In this document: positions 1-10,726 of the stretch, piece after piece
Position numbering within the stretch: the stretch's first letter is position 1
Layout: each line of letters begins with the position of its first letter
Source: Perkinsus olseni
Taxonomy: Eukaryota
Length of the DNA stretch: 20,000 bases
Assembly: GCA_013115125.1 (NCBI GenBank)
Contig: JABANN010000087.1
Location: forward strand, 56,479 to 76,478
Reading direction: 5' to 3'
Notes under the pieces: model-generated
Seen by the model: the letters and a program-made list of their open reading frames with translations, nothing else
Told to the model about the DNA's origin: nothing
The model's database searches: none
Made by a program: the position numbers and the translations under genes

Positions 1-3000
1 CTGTTGAACAATACGCGGACTTCCAGCCAATGGGCTCGCCACGTAAGTGCCAACTCACTTTGAAGGAACCCAGTCGAACACTCCGTTAACCTGAGCGTGG
101 CTCCCACAACGGGTTCAGCTTCTGCGCACCAGCCTTGCCACTGTATCTACAACGACGCCCCCCGATGAAAAATCGCTCCCCGCAGGCAGCCCTACCGTGC
201 CCTTCGTGACCTGGAAGTTCTGGTTGTTGTTGTTCATCATGCAGTAATACCTGAAACGCCCAAAAGTCGCACTCACCCATCTTGAAGCGCATGTAATATG
301 TCGAAGTTGGACGAATCTACGCCCCGTTTCGAACTACGTTATCAACTTCATCCCTTCCTTCTCGGTCTGACCAGCATTGGCGTCGATGCACTTCTCTGTC
401 TCGTGGTTCCGAGTCGCTTTACCGGGATTGTCATTCCACCGTTGTTTCCTGAGAATCATACGCCACGCGTGACCGCCGGCGGGGAAATTGTAAATGGTCG
501 TTAACATACGTACAGCTGTCGTTGCCAGACCAACGAGTCAGAGAGCAACGGGTATCCCATTTTTTCATCACTAATTCGCAAGGCACTGCGCCCCGATGAA
601 CTACGATTTTCTTTCGACTACCCTTTATTACGTATCCTCGCCGTCGCACTCCCGCAACACTAGTTTGTCTCCGTCCCGGCCCCCAGAGGATACACAAAGG
701 CCAGACTTCTCGTCCTTTATGAGATAAGCATCCGAAGGAAGCATCCCCCTCATCTCGAAAACCTAGAAATTGCATAGATGACAGTCGGTTGGATCGACGA
801 ACGAACTGGGTTTAATCCAAAAATGTGGAATGAGAAACGACTTTTCTTAGCCGCGTCTCATAGATGCCACTCCCCTTCATTATTCCTCGGAATAAGAGTC
901 GTTTTCCCTAGATAGCGGATCAGTACAGATAGTACAAACCCATGGTGCTTCCCGCCCACAAATCTCAGAGCGCTTTACATCCCGCGAGCCACACCAGGCC
1001 ACCGATCCTCCTCCATGTGCCTTCTTGCACGTGGTATGTCATTCTCCCATACTACCTTGTGAAACTTATCTACGAAGTGCTGGAAAGGTTTGCACTGCAT
1101 ATCCTTCTTGAATTGCAGCCGATCCTCGATCCCACCGGCCAGGGCCTTCTCCTTCAAGGTCTCTGACCACGGAAAAACCTCCCGCAGGATAGCACGCTTC
1201 CAAGTAATGACATGAAGAGAAGTCTTGGTTCCCCGTAGAGTTCTACGAGACCACTAAATTGCGAGCGCGCCTGCATCCGACCACCTTAGACTAAGCGTGT
1301 ACCTCTCCAATGAAATGCCACGGGCGTGGCGCGTGGCTATGCCAAGCCCCAAGCTAGTACTTGCGTAAGGGTCCGCCGCGTAAAAGTAGTTCTTGTAGTC
1401 ATCAAACCAAACCTCAACCGTTCGGATCTTATTGTAGTACACCTGGGTGTTGTCAATCTTATACGGGAATGAAGGACGGAAAACCTGATTGGAAAAGATC
1501 TCAACATCGCTGAATTGCCATGTGATATAACACCCAGATCAGGAACCACTGAAGAAAATGCAATCGCAAGAAGCGAAGCAACATTGGTAATTCAACCGGA
1601 TACAGAGGATTAGTTGGGCCAGACAGCATGCGGTCAACGCGATTACGCTAAAGACAAACAAACCACCGATATCCCAACCTGCTCCTGAACTTCTCAGCCA
1701 CCAGTAAAGCCAGTATATAGTCAAGACAGCGATAATAGCGAATGAAGCGAAATCGTCGCGCGATGGTTAGGATGCGCTTACCGCACCCTACTCGATTGAT
1801 TCGCAACTCGAAGACAATCAATCATGCCCCATCCCAACCCAGTGTTGAATACAACTCCCCCCGGTACTACATGGGCAACTCTCGAGTCGCGAGCAACATA
1901 GATCTCTCCACCACACAGCCAAACTCGGATAGATTGTTCCTGAAATAGCGAGGTCACAGCCAAAGAAACCATCCGAAGAAACAATGATTCGTGAACTGAG
2001 TCACGGAGTCCGTGGAGAGTCGACGAAAAGAGTTTCGCCCCAGCTGTCAAACAAAGTTGAACTCAATAGGTATGTCCCTGAGTGGATTCTCCCAGCCCCC
2101 CTTATTACTATGTTTTCCCCGCCCCACATGAGCATACCATTATCGTACTCCCCACTCTCATACCACCATCTTTTGGTGATACCCAGCAGGCCACCGGACA
2201 TGATAGGAACCTGAGAAGCTTCGCGTCCACCTTGGATCGAGGTTCTGCTATTACCAAGTCATTGCCGTCCTCAAACCAGTTGAATCCGAGGCCCCAATCA
2301 AACATCATTTTACTGCCAGCGCTCGAGTCGTGCACCTGAGACGATAACGGTGAAGCTCGCCGAAAGTCCCCGGAAGGGTCACCTGCCAGTCGTCGCCGTT
2401 TAGAATAGGGATGACTGGGACGACGACTCGTTTGTAATTGATGTTGGCGTGCTTGAGAAGAGGCTGCGCCCAGTTAGGCTCTGGCTTTACATGAGCGTCA
2501 AGGAATACGACCTGGTCAGAGAGTCGTCAGCTTGGTTCAGGGAGATGCGAGGCAGCTCGACTCTCTTACCATGTCCCCGGTAGCAGCACCGGCGCCATCA
2601 GTCTTGCTTCTGATCAAACCTTGTCTGGTCGTGTGTCGAATGACTTTGACTTCCGGGAAGTTTTTCAAATACCGCCGCAAAGGAGGCTCTGACGCATCGT
2701 CCACTACGATAATTTCCTTTAGTATATCTGCCGGTGTTTCCGCATAGATCGACTCGCAAGTTCGCTCCAAATACTTCTGTTCATTATGGGCCGCCAAAAC
2801 AACAGAGATAGTTTTGATCGTGGTCGGGTACTTGGTAAAATCGACAGGAGGGTGTTGGCCATTCTCGTCTAACGTGGTGTCGATCAGGATGCCATACTCC
2901 TGATCCGCAGGAGCGGGGACCTTGGCTTGAGGCCCCCTGAGAGCTTGCGCCTCGACGTCGTTGACAAGGACACCAGCCAGAGGTTTGACTGGCACTCCAG

Positions 3001-3292
3001 TCGTCCACCCTTGGCGAGACAGGAAAACGATAACGCAAATTTGAAGGGCCCATACTGCGATGAGATAGACCGGAAAAGGTATGAACCTGGTCCTATGACG
3101 AACCACGTCAAACAGCACAGAGGTGGCAGCGGCCACCACAGTGAGCAATACCAGCCAGGAAGTACCATAAACAAGCAAGGCGATGAGTATTGGCGGGAAG
3201 CATAGCAGACCAACTCTATAATAGGCTGCTCGTCGGGCCCGAGGGTTATGGGGCTTATGTGATGCCCGGGAAGAGGACTTTGGGGAGGCCAT
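1..3292 (-). CDS. GALNT: Polypeptide N-acetylgalactosaminyltransferase (GT27, ppGalNAc-T) with C-terminal ricin-B lectin domain; multi-exon, 3' end runs off the window
   Basis: Hand-spliced minus-strand exons, all GT-AG and frame-consistent: 3292-2570, 2511-2383, 2335-2255, 2210-2109, 1939-1871, 1484-1361, 1162-1056, 762-632, 448-338, 250-196, 146-91. The intron starting at 90 appears to end in CAG at 3-1. The product contains SVVLAAHNE, EIIVVDDAS, RQGLIRSK, the DxH motif [55 protein letters not shown], CKPF, then ricin-type repeats (SGLCV..ECDG..KQRW; KCIDA..YYC..NQNF; WCAE). Start placed at ATG 3292 (MASPKSS); an upstream in-frame ATG also exists. Confidence 0.95.
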
Positions 3293-3515
3293 CCTGATCA
3301 ATGACTCTACAAACCGCATGGCATTATCGGCACACTTGTCGGCGAGGACAAGAATCGCGCCACGCATTCCAATCACTGAGACGAGACGCGGTTACCGTAA
3401 TGAATTATCATCCGTGAGGGCGTGGGTTCGATCCGCGTGGTGAGCTTTTTCCGTCCGGGAAGTTCCGCACTGCACGACGACGAAATACCATTCTTAGATT
3501 TGCCTTCACCCCACC
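3293..3515. promoter_or_regulatory. Short divergent (head-to-head) intergenic region, probable bidirectional promoter
   Basis: Only 223 bp separate the GALNT ATG (3292, -) from the Nsa1/WDR74 ATG (3516, +). Promoter function is inferred from geometry only. Confidence 0.45.
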
Positions 3516-6264
3516 ATGCGTTTCGTGGTCGGCGATGATACGGGGCTTGTTAAAGAAGTCCTAGGAGCAGAGCAGAAGCTTGGCCGCAAGATGGGCTCTC
3601 AAGCCCTCGGTGAAGCCGTCACCCACCTTGTATGGGTAGTAAGTGTCTCTCTAGTCTATCCCCTAGTGGTCGTATTAGACTGTACATAATCCTTAGCCGT
3701 TCTGGGGTTGCTCAATCAACTGATTCTTGCACCCAGAGTTGATTCTTCGGAGTAAAAATTGATCCCAAAATCGATTCTGAGTTTCAGAATTAGTTCACTG
3801 AACAGGGGGCTTCTCGCCATCGACTGCATTGCTACTCACCTGCCACGGTTGCCTAAATGCTTCAGTCGGACTGGTCTTTGTCCTAGAGTAGTCAAGAGCT
3901 AACCTGCGTCGTGCGGGACGGGCTTGTAGGGATTTTCGTAGATACACAGATAAAAGCGTATTGGCAAGCGTTCAAATTGGTTCACGCGTTGGTGGCAATG
4001 CCACCGCGGCATACGAAGGCAATTATTTCTTCTTAGGCGTGTGCCCCGGGAGAGGAGACTCGATTCGCAGTGGTCCGATCATGCGGCCGAATTGAGCTGG
4101 TGGATAATACCAACGGTGATGGTTGGAAGATACTGAAGACGTGGCAGACTAGTGATGACGTCAAAGCGGCACATTGGGAAGACGGCAAACTCTCGGTAGT
4201 ACCTTCAGGGATATGTGCAGCTCGGCTCAGCACGTGCAGTATATTCCGGTAGATTATCTCACTACATGGGGCTGCCGTTGCGATGCCTGGCTATTGCCTT
4301 CTGCGGCATCGGGGAAATTAAACTCGATTGCGTCCCTTTATTGTGTTTTTGGTCAGTTCGTCAGCGGAGATGGCACATGGCTTACGGTAGCAGATGACGG
4401 TAGCGATGAGGAGTCTGATGCGACCTCGCAGAGCTCCTGGAACTCGGCCGTTAAGGCGAGTGTTCCTGAACGTCTCAGCTGTGGTCTTAGAGTTGCTTCG
4501 CCTGTTTAGGTATGCGCTGTACGGCCTGGTAGTGATCACAGTGAGGTGATGGTGGTATCCGCGGAGGGTGCGAACCCACGGCTGATGGATCGAGAAGGAA
4601 AGACGCTCTGGCGGGGAAGGAACGTGCAGGACTCCAAATACGATTTGAAGGTTCTAATCTGGATGGGGCATTTTCCGACTGCGACTGGTTCCGCGCGCTG
4701 AAGTCGTCTTCAACCCTCGCAGCGCTCAACTCTTGGCGCCATATCAATCACTCTAAAGCCCCTGAGCGGAGAGCGATGAATAGGCGATTGTTTATGGTAT
4801 GGCAGGTCGAGTTCGACGTAACCGCAATTGAGTGGCTGAGTTCTGAATGTGCTGTGATGGCCGACAGTCAAGGCAAAGTCAGAGCTTATGCGGTGAAGGA
4901 AGGAGGAGGGTAATCATGTCGATAGAAAACGCAGACGAACTCTAATGTTCTAAAGAGGTCTCTCTCAGCAGTGGAAGTTCCGATGATTCGCTTGGGATTT
5001 TACCGCTGAATATTTATCCTCAAACCTGTCGGGGCGCGAGCTCGCAACGCTTCGCCCTCTTCAGATCCCGCCGGCGTCCCCTGCTGGAGCTGCCTCTCAC
5101 GTTCGTCACGGAGATATCCAGTCATGCCACCGGGCAATCGATCACTAAGTGAGTCATCCCCGCGGCACTTCTGAGGTATCATCGAACGCATCATGCGCAG
5201 GGGTCGACCAGTCACTCGTATGTATCATGACGAGGCGGCCAAGTTGCTTTATATCGGTGACACGGTCGGGACGCTGATGGCTTTAAGCACGAAGAAGATA
5301 CTCGATTTGGTCTCGAAGGAAGAGATTGAAACGCCAGAGGGAGCTGGAAAAGGTGGGGTTCCGGTTCCATGCCAACTCTCGTATCAATCTTTCGATCACA
5401 GGAAATCACGTAGGTATTATTATCTCGTGAATTTGTTTTTCGAACAAAGCGAACTTTGGTTCTCTGAGCAGTTGAAACGTTCCAGCTTCCACTAACAACT
5501 TCGAGGAACGAAATTTTGGAATAAACAAGAAATTTTGCGTGAGGAGATCTTTGAAAGTGGGGGGGGGGGTTGAGTTCCGCGTCGTGACGTATTGTCCTCT
5601 TCGTGGCTTGATTGAGTTCTTTTCAGCCGGTAGAATAGCTCACTTGAAGTATGCTAAGTCGATGCTGCCATTTGTCCGAGGGTTCTCGGGGATCATGGGT
5701 TCGATCCGCGGCATCGTCACTTTGGGGGATCTTATATTCGTGTGCGGTCTCGGCCGCTTCGCCTATGTGTATCGAGGCAAACAGCAGGTCTGCAAGGTCT
5801 ACCTCAAACAGAAGCTCACGGCCATCCTACCGCTGAGCTGCGCCGATGATGCAGCTGAAGACGGTGAGGACGGGTTGTCTTTCGTCGGTGGGGGAGCTCA
5901 GTATGCTGTCAGATTTTCATCGCAAAGTGGTGGTTGATTGATCCATGGATCTGAATGAGTGGATTCTTGCTGTTTAGATGACGAGTCCGAAAACGGTGAC
6001 GAGGCCAGTGACTTGTCGGACGGAGAGCCCGTCGCTGAGGACGATGAAGAGGAGGATGGGCTCGGTGATCTAGATGAAAGTGACGGTTCGAGCGAGGGAG
6101 ACTTCGGTGACTTCGATGAGGAGGAGGAGGAGGAGGAGCCTCGTGGTCACGAGGGGAAGAAGCGGAAACAGGAAGCATCTGAAGGTGGAAACCGCGCCGT
6201 GTGCCTTCCTGTAGGATATTGATCATGCTGTTGTCTAGGTCCCAACAAGCACCGGAAACGATGA
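3516..6264 (+). CDS. WDR74: Nsa1/WDR74-like WD40 ribosome (60S) biogenesis factor with acidic/basic C-terminal tail; multi-exon
   Basis: Exon 1 MRFVVGDDTGLVKEV resembles the Nsa1/WDR74 N-terminus. Later exons give VEFDVTAIEWL..ADSQGKVRAY (~4807-4909), SRRRPLLE (~5065), RPVTRMY..LLYIGDTVGTLMAL (~5200-5290) and FSGIMGSIRGI..VCGLGRFAYVY..KVYLKQKLTAIL (5627-5863), collinear with WDR74 RRPVLE..VIVGNTHGQL..LAGSVRGL..CGLDR..KVYLKSQL as I recall it. An acidic exon (5978-6184) is followed by a last exon 6239-6264 (GPNKHRKR*). Internal exon boundaries between 3640 and 4800 are only partly resolved. Confidence 0.85.
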
Positions 6265-7153
6265 GTATTGCTGACCGGTGGAGCTGTGCTGTTCCGATCT
6301 TACCAACACGTCAAGTTTCCTATCCAATTTCTGTGGTAAATGGGTTAGTCAGAACGGCGGGATATTTTGAATCGACGTTACGAGCAAACCCTGAACCAGA
6401 CCGAACAGTGACTGAAGGACTGAGTGCGCAGCTATACGCTTGGACGGTTATGGCGCTTTTGATGAGCCACATAAATCTTTACGCGACTCGCGTGACGCGA
6501 GTATCAGATCATCAGCGAACCGAAATAAAATGCCTCAGTTGACAGATTGTTGCCAAACGCTTTGACTGACTTCACGTCGGATAGAAAAGGCATGTAAGAG
6601 CACTGCGCGGTATTTGCTGGCCTTCCGGCATTCTACCACTCATCCTCTGCCAGGGGAGAGACAATGACGATCCAGTCCATAGGGCACTGATCTATGTTTT
6701 TCGCGGAACGACCTAGGTGTTTGGTAGCTTCCTGATAGACATGATAGTTCATATTATCGAGTCACGTGAAGGAGCCTTGGCAAGGGAGGGAATGGGTGAT
6801 TATATCGGATATCGCCGATTCGTATGAGCCCACAGAAAAGCCGCCACTAAGTTTTCACGTCGCGCGCAACGTATGGTATGTATATGCAGTATGCTCCTGT
6901 GTATACAGGAAGCTCGTGCTAAGGCACGAGCTGGAAAGCACGGTCCACAGCCACACCCTAGGCAGTACCATTTGAGTAATGCGGCCTTGGTTCCTTCAAT
7001 CGGATTGACTCAATCACAGCGGACGTATATCAGTTTCTGGTGAACTCAACGACTACTTCGACGAGACCAGGATGAAAACGAGAAGACAGTGATGATGCTA
7101 CCAAACATAACAGTAGATACAGCGATAGTACAGGAATAAAGACTCGCAAGGTT

Positions 7154-10054
7154 TCATCCCCGAGGCCGGTACCTCGCATTCCCGCCTCGGTGATTATTCT
7201 TGGCTGTGTGCCCTGATGGTGGTGACTTCTTCTTCTCATGGCTGTCGTCATCCCTGTGCTTCGGCCGAGAGCTGCTCGGGCCGCGGGAAGGAGCGTTGTG
7301 GTTGCCGTATATCAGCCCAGCATGGGAAGCCGCATCCTTCGGGAAGCCAACGATCTCTAGCTCGGTCTCATAGTCCAGGAGCTGCTCGCCCTTGATCGCC
7401 CGAGTCACCCTCGACCGAGTCCGGCGGATGAGGTCCTTGGTAGGGTCCAGAACATCACCACCATCGGCCAAGTCCTTCGCCAGCCCGCCCATAGCTTGCT
7501 GAAAGTGCTTACGTAGTCGCAGGAGCTCCTGGGTCCGAAGATTACCACCGAAAGCCTTCCGACCGTCGACGAAGATATCAACAAAAATCATACTTCCTTC
7601 TCGGCGTTTGTAAGTGAGCTCTATAGAGGTGCCGAGAATGAACGTAACAGTGTTGATGGGGCAAATGAGTTTGGCGATGCACCTAGGCGCAGGCTGGTTC
7701 GGAGGCCAGACGTCGAGTCGGTGCGTGTAGAGAACCATTTGGCCGGGTACAACCCTTGCATTCGCCGTACCCATAAGAGACCAGCTTCCACAGTTGAGCG
7801 TCTTGTGGTCGACGTCAATAGCCACTTTCCTTTTCATGCTCACTTGACCGTAGTTAGGTCCGCACAGGACCGCCAAAACACACTCAAGAGTGTACATGTG
7901 CTCACCAATAGCAGAGAAGGGAGACCGCCCACCCGGTACAAAGTCGGCCGCCGGCTCAGTCGCAGCGAGGCCACGGTCGCAGAGAATGTCCAGCATGGCA
8001 TTGCGGTCCTGCCAGACCCTCTCAAAACTGGAGTGCTTGAGGCCACGCCGCTTGCAGTACTCCTTGGCGCTCCTCACACCACGTTCGAACCATACTTGCT
8101 CCCACTCGAGATAGAACCGCAGGAGGTCGAGCTGGTCAGGCAAAGGTGTAGAAATCTGGCCTTCAGCGGGCCAGAGCTCCCGACAGCCCATCCGATGCAG
8201 TGAAGCCGGGTCAACCTTCTTCGGATTGTCGATGTCCCCAGGCCGCTGAGTGTTTGCTTCAATATCTTCCATCTCCAGAAGGGCGCACAACGAGACACTG
8301 ATGTAGATGCCTTCAGCCGAGTCAAAGAGAATCGAGCTGGCAATGAGACCCAGGGCTGTGTAAACACCAACAGGAAAACGGGACAAAGTTCGACCAAGCT
8401 CCGTTAACAGTCCTGAAACTTTATCCACAGCACCAACGCTGAGTAGCTGCGAGACGGCCAAGCGCACAGCCTCTTGCTTGGGCGGGTCGGGCATGGCCTT
8501 ACAGAAGCTCGGCAGCCACTTGAGAGCGTCACCACGACCCAGAGTGAGCAAGTTGAGGGCAATGTCGATCATCGGCATTCTGGTCATCTCAGGGTCCGGG
8601 TTCATAGCCAATCCGTATTTGAAGCGAGCCTTAGGGACGAGATGGAAGCAGAGACCCTCGTGAGTTCTCCCCGCACGTCCACGCCGCTGGATGCAATTGG
8701 ACCGACCCGTCCAACAAACCTCCAAGCGAGTAGGGGTGGTCTTGACCTTCTGCTTGCAACAGTCTATGACATAGGTAAGGTCCGGTACAGTAAGAGAAGT
8801 CTCAGCGATATTAGTTCCGATGACGCATTTGATCTTTCGCCGATCGGTGTTGACCTTGAAGACGTCGTTGGTATACTGCTCGGCGGTTTTGGAGTGCAGG
8901 GGGATAAAGTTGAACCGTCTCTTGAAGAGAGCCTGCTCTGACGACACTTCCGTCAGATAGTGGATAAATTTATTAATGCTGCCGAGACCAGGAAGGAAGA
9001 TGAGGACAGCGCCACCCTCACTCGGGTGATAGCTCTCTTGAGCTTCGATGTAGAGCAAAAGTTCCTCCATCACACGCGTCGGCAGTACCGTAAGGTCAAA
9101 CTCCTCCGCCGCAGCCTTCGCCCAATAATCATCAGCATTCCGATCCAGCTTGGTTTCGGGGATCTTCTCTTCGCAAGGCATCCTCTCCGACCTCATGCTG
9201 TCACCGATGTCCACGAATTCGTCCTCATCTTTGTCGTCCGGGGCCCAATCCAGGATTTGAAAGACGTCCTCGAGATAGTAGTCCTTGACCTCGTAATTAG
9301 TGTCCGGTATGGCGACCAGATTAACCTCCTTCTGGATCAGCTTGTGGCCAAAGTAGCTCATGAACTGACGAACATTGGCAGTAGCAGACATCAGAATGAC
9401 CTTGATGCCTGTGTCCTTCAATAACGATGTATTCACCAAAGTCAATAAAACATCCATCTCCTTGGTCCGTTCGTGGACCTCATCCAAAATGAGATGGGAA
9501 ACACCCGAAAGCAACGTGTTCTCAGACATTCGCGCCAGAAGGGTACCCTCAGTACAATACAGTATCGATCCGCTCTCCACGCTGCCTGGCAGGCTCGTGT
9601 TGTTCCTCACACTGTAACCAACAGGTCCGGTGGTATCCCACTTACGCTCACTACGGACTCTCTGGGCGACACTGATGGCTGCGACCTGCCTAGGCTGCGT
9701 AACAGCGATATTAACGACCTCGCCCTTCGATCGGGCGTCATCCAGAATCATCTGGGGAATTTGGGTCGTCTTACCACTGCCGGTGGCTCCGGTCACCAGA
9801 ACGACATTGCGAGCATTCAGAGCCTCGATGAGCTTCTCCTTAACCCTGTACGCGGGTAGGTCCGCACCAGCTCTGTTCTTAGGCGGCGCTGGGAGGTGCC
9901 GGAAGGACTTGTCGTGCCGTCGGTGGGACCTACGAGCTCCACGCCAGGGATCGAACGAGGGCGAGGGAGGCTGCCAAGTGTTGACGGGCTCGCTCTCCTC
10001 GGACGCCGGCGAGGAAGTAGTGGCTGAGATATCTTCTCTGGTCGATTCCGTCAT
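7154..10054 (-). CDS. DEAH/RHA-family ATP-dependent RNA helicase, DHX9 (RNA helicase A/Maleless)-like core with HA2 domain; single exon, 966 aa
   Basis: Uninterrupted ORF with motif I GATGSGKTTQ, Ia QPRQVAAISVA, II DEVHER, III MSAT, IV LIFLPG, PLHS, V TNIAETSLT, VI QRRGRAGR and HA2 entry LTELGRTLSRFPV. The listed ORF starts at GTG 10090; the first ATG is 10054 (MTESTRE), 20 nt downstream of a TTTCTTGCAG acceptor. Confidence 0.93.
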   Translation of the reverse strand: MTESTREDISATTSSPASEESEPVNTWQPPSPSFDPWRGARRSHRRHDKSFRHLPAPPKNRAGADLPAYRVKEKLIEALNARNVVLVTGATGSGKTTQIPQMILDDARSKGEVVNIAVTQPRQVAAISVAQRVRSERKWDTTGPVGYSVRNNTSLPGSVESGSILYCTEGTLLARMSENTLLSGVSHLILDEVHERTKEMDVLLTLVNTSLLKDTGIKVILMSATANVRQFMSYFGHKLIQKEVNLVAIPDTNYEVKDYYLEDVFQILDWAPDDKDEDEFVDIGDSMRSERMPCEEKIPETKLDRNADDYWAKAAAEEFDLTVLPTRVMEELLLYIEAQESYHPSEGGAVLIFLPGLGSINKFIHYLTEVSSEQALFKRRFNFIPLHSKTAEQYTNDVFKVNTDRRKIKCVIGTNIAETSLTVPDLTYVIDCCKQKVKTTPTRLEVCWTGRSNCIQRRGRAGRTHEGLCFHLVPKARFKYGLAMNPDPEMTRMPMIDIALNLLTLGRGDALKWLPSFCKAMPDPPKQEAVRLAVSQLLSVGAVDKVSGLLTELGRTLSRFPVGVYTALGLIASSILFDSAEGIYISVSLCALLEMEDIEANTQRPGDIDNPKKVDPASLHRMGCRELWPAEGQISTPLPDQLDLLRFYLEWEQVWFERGVRSAKEYCKRRGLKHSSFERVWQDRNAMLDILCDRGLAATEPAADFVPGGRSPFSAIGEHMYTLECVLAVLCGPNYGQVSMKRKVAIDVDHKTLNCGSWSLMGTANARVVPGQMVLYTHRLDVWPPNQPAPRCIAKLICPINTVTFILGTSIELTYKRREGSMIFVDIFVDGRKAFGGNLRTQELLRLRKHFQQAMGGLAKDLADGGDVLDPTKDLIRRTRSRVTRAIKGEQLLDYETELEIVGFPKDAASHAGLIYGNHNAPSRGPSSSRPKHRDDDSHEKKKSPPSGHTAKNNHRGGNARYRPRG

Positions 10055-10410
10055 GGGACTCAGGGAATTGAAACCTGCAAGAAACTCCACTATTATTCAC
10101 ACTGAAGTGAGAAGTAGGAACAGCCCAAGTCGCCACTCTGATTCGCATCACCTCCGCGAGGGCAGCGCCATGCATGGTGGCCTTGAAACGCTCCACAAGT
10201 ACCGTACGAAGGGATATGTCCCCGACCTCAGCGATGTACCCTCCGGAGTCCGTGAGGCATGGGACCCCCCGTGGAAATTCGACCTCTCGTGCTGGATTTT
10301 TTGCCATTTTCAGAAGAGTTCATTCAAGATCACTAAGCCTCGTAATAGCCCAGACGACCGCCTAAGTCTACTTCGTATAAAAGCGATGTGAGGATCCTGA
10401 AAGGAGAAAG

Positions 10411-10449
10411 CGGCGTGGCCAGGATTCGAACTCGGGACCGCCACGTTGG
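10411..10449 (-). pseudogene. tRNA 3'-half-like fragment (T-loop/B-box GTTCGAATCC); tRNA pseudogene or tRNA-derived SINE remnant
   Basis: The minus strand reads CAACGTGGCGGTCCCGAGTTCGAATCCTGGCCACGCCG, with a canonical T-loop GTTCGAATC flanked by complementary CGTGGC/GCCACG. No D-arm, A-box or clean anticodon arm is visible upstream. Confidence 0.45.
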
Positions 10450-10726
10450 ATAGCGGAGCGAAGCGATTCATGTTTGCAACAACTACGTTTTCTGAGACAG
10501 CACTAGCGTGGACGCTGAGCAGATGGCAACATGCTGGGTATCATCCACTTCCTTGTAGCACACCCTGGTCATGGCTAGGAGCCGCCAATGGCAGCGCTAC
10601 TTAAGTTCTTGTTGTTCTGTGATGGACTTATCGGGCGTCGGGAGAGGCATCAGCGCATTATCGTATCCTGTTCATTGCACCTTCACAGAAGATCTTTCCC
10701 GTCAGTTTTCCTTTGACTAGTAATTC

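Noticed and set aside
1539..1724. Hydrophobic, Cys-rich 61-aa ORF inside a GALNT intron (possible nested membrane peptide)
   Set aside because: It has a non-ATG start, and T-rich intron composition explains the hydrophobicity. The flanking exons join perfectly without it.
5559..5569. G11 homopolymer and its polyGly translation in ORF 5539..5937
   Set aside because: It is intronic (the exon begins at 5627), so it is a simple mononucleotide run.
7721..10391. Several + strand ORFs (up to 253 aa, 9630..10391) opposite the helicase
   Set aside because: These are antisense shadow ORFs of a long GC-balanced CDS, with no recognisable motifs.
10055..10410. Relic SL or target-site duplication upstream of the intronless helicase as proof of retroposition
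   Set aside because: Searched by eye and none found, so retroposition remains unproven.
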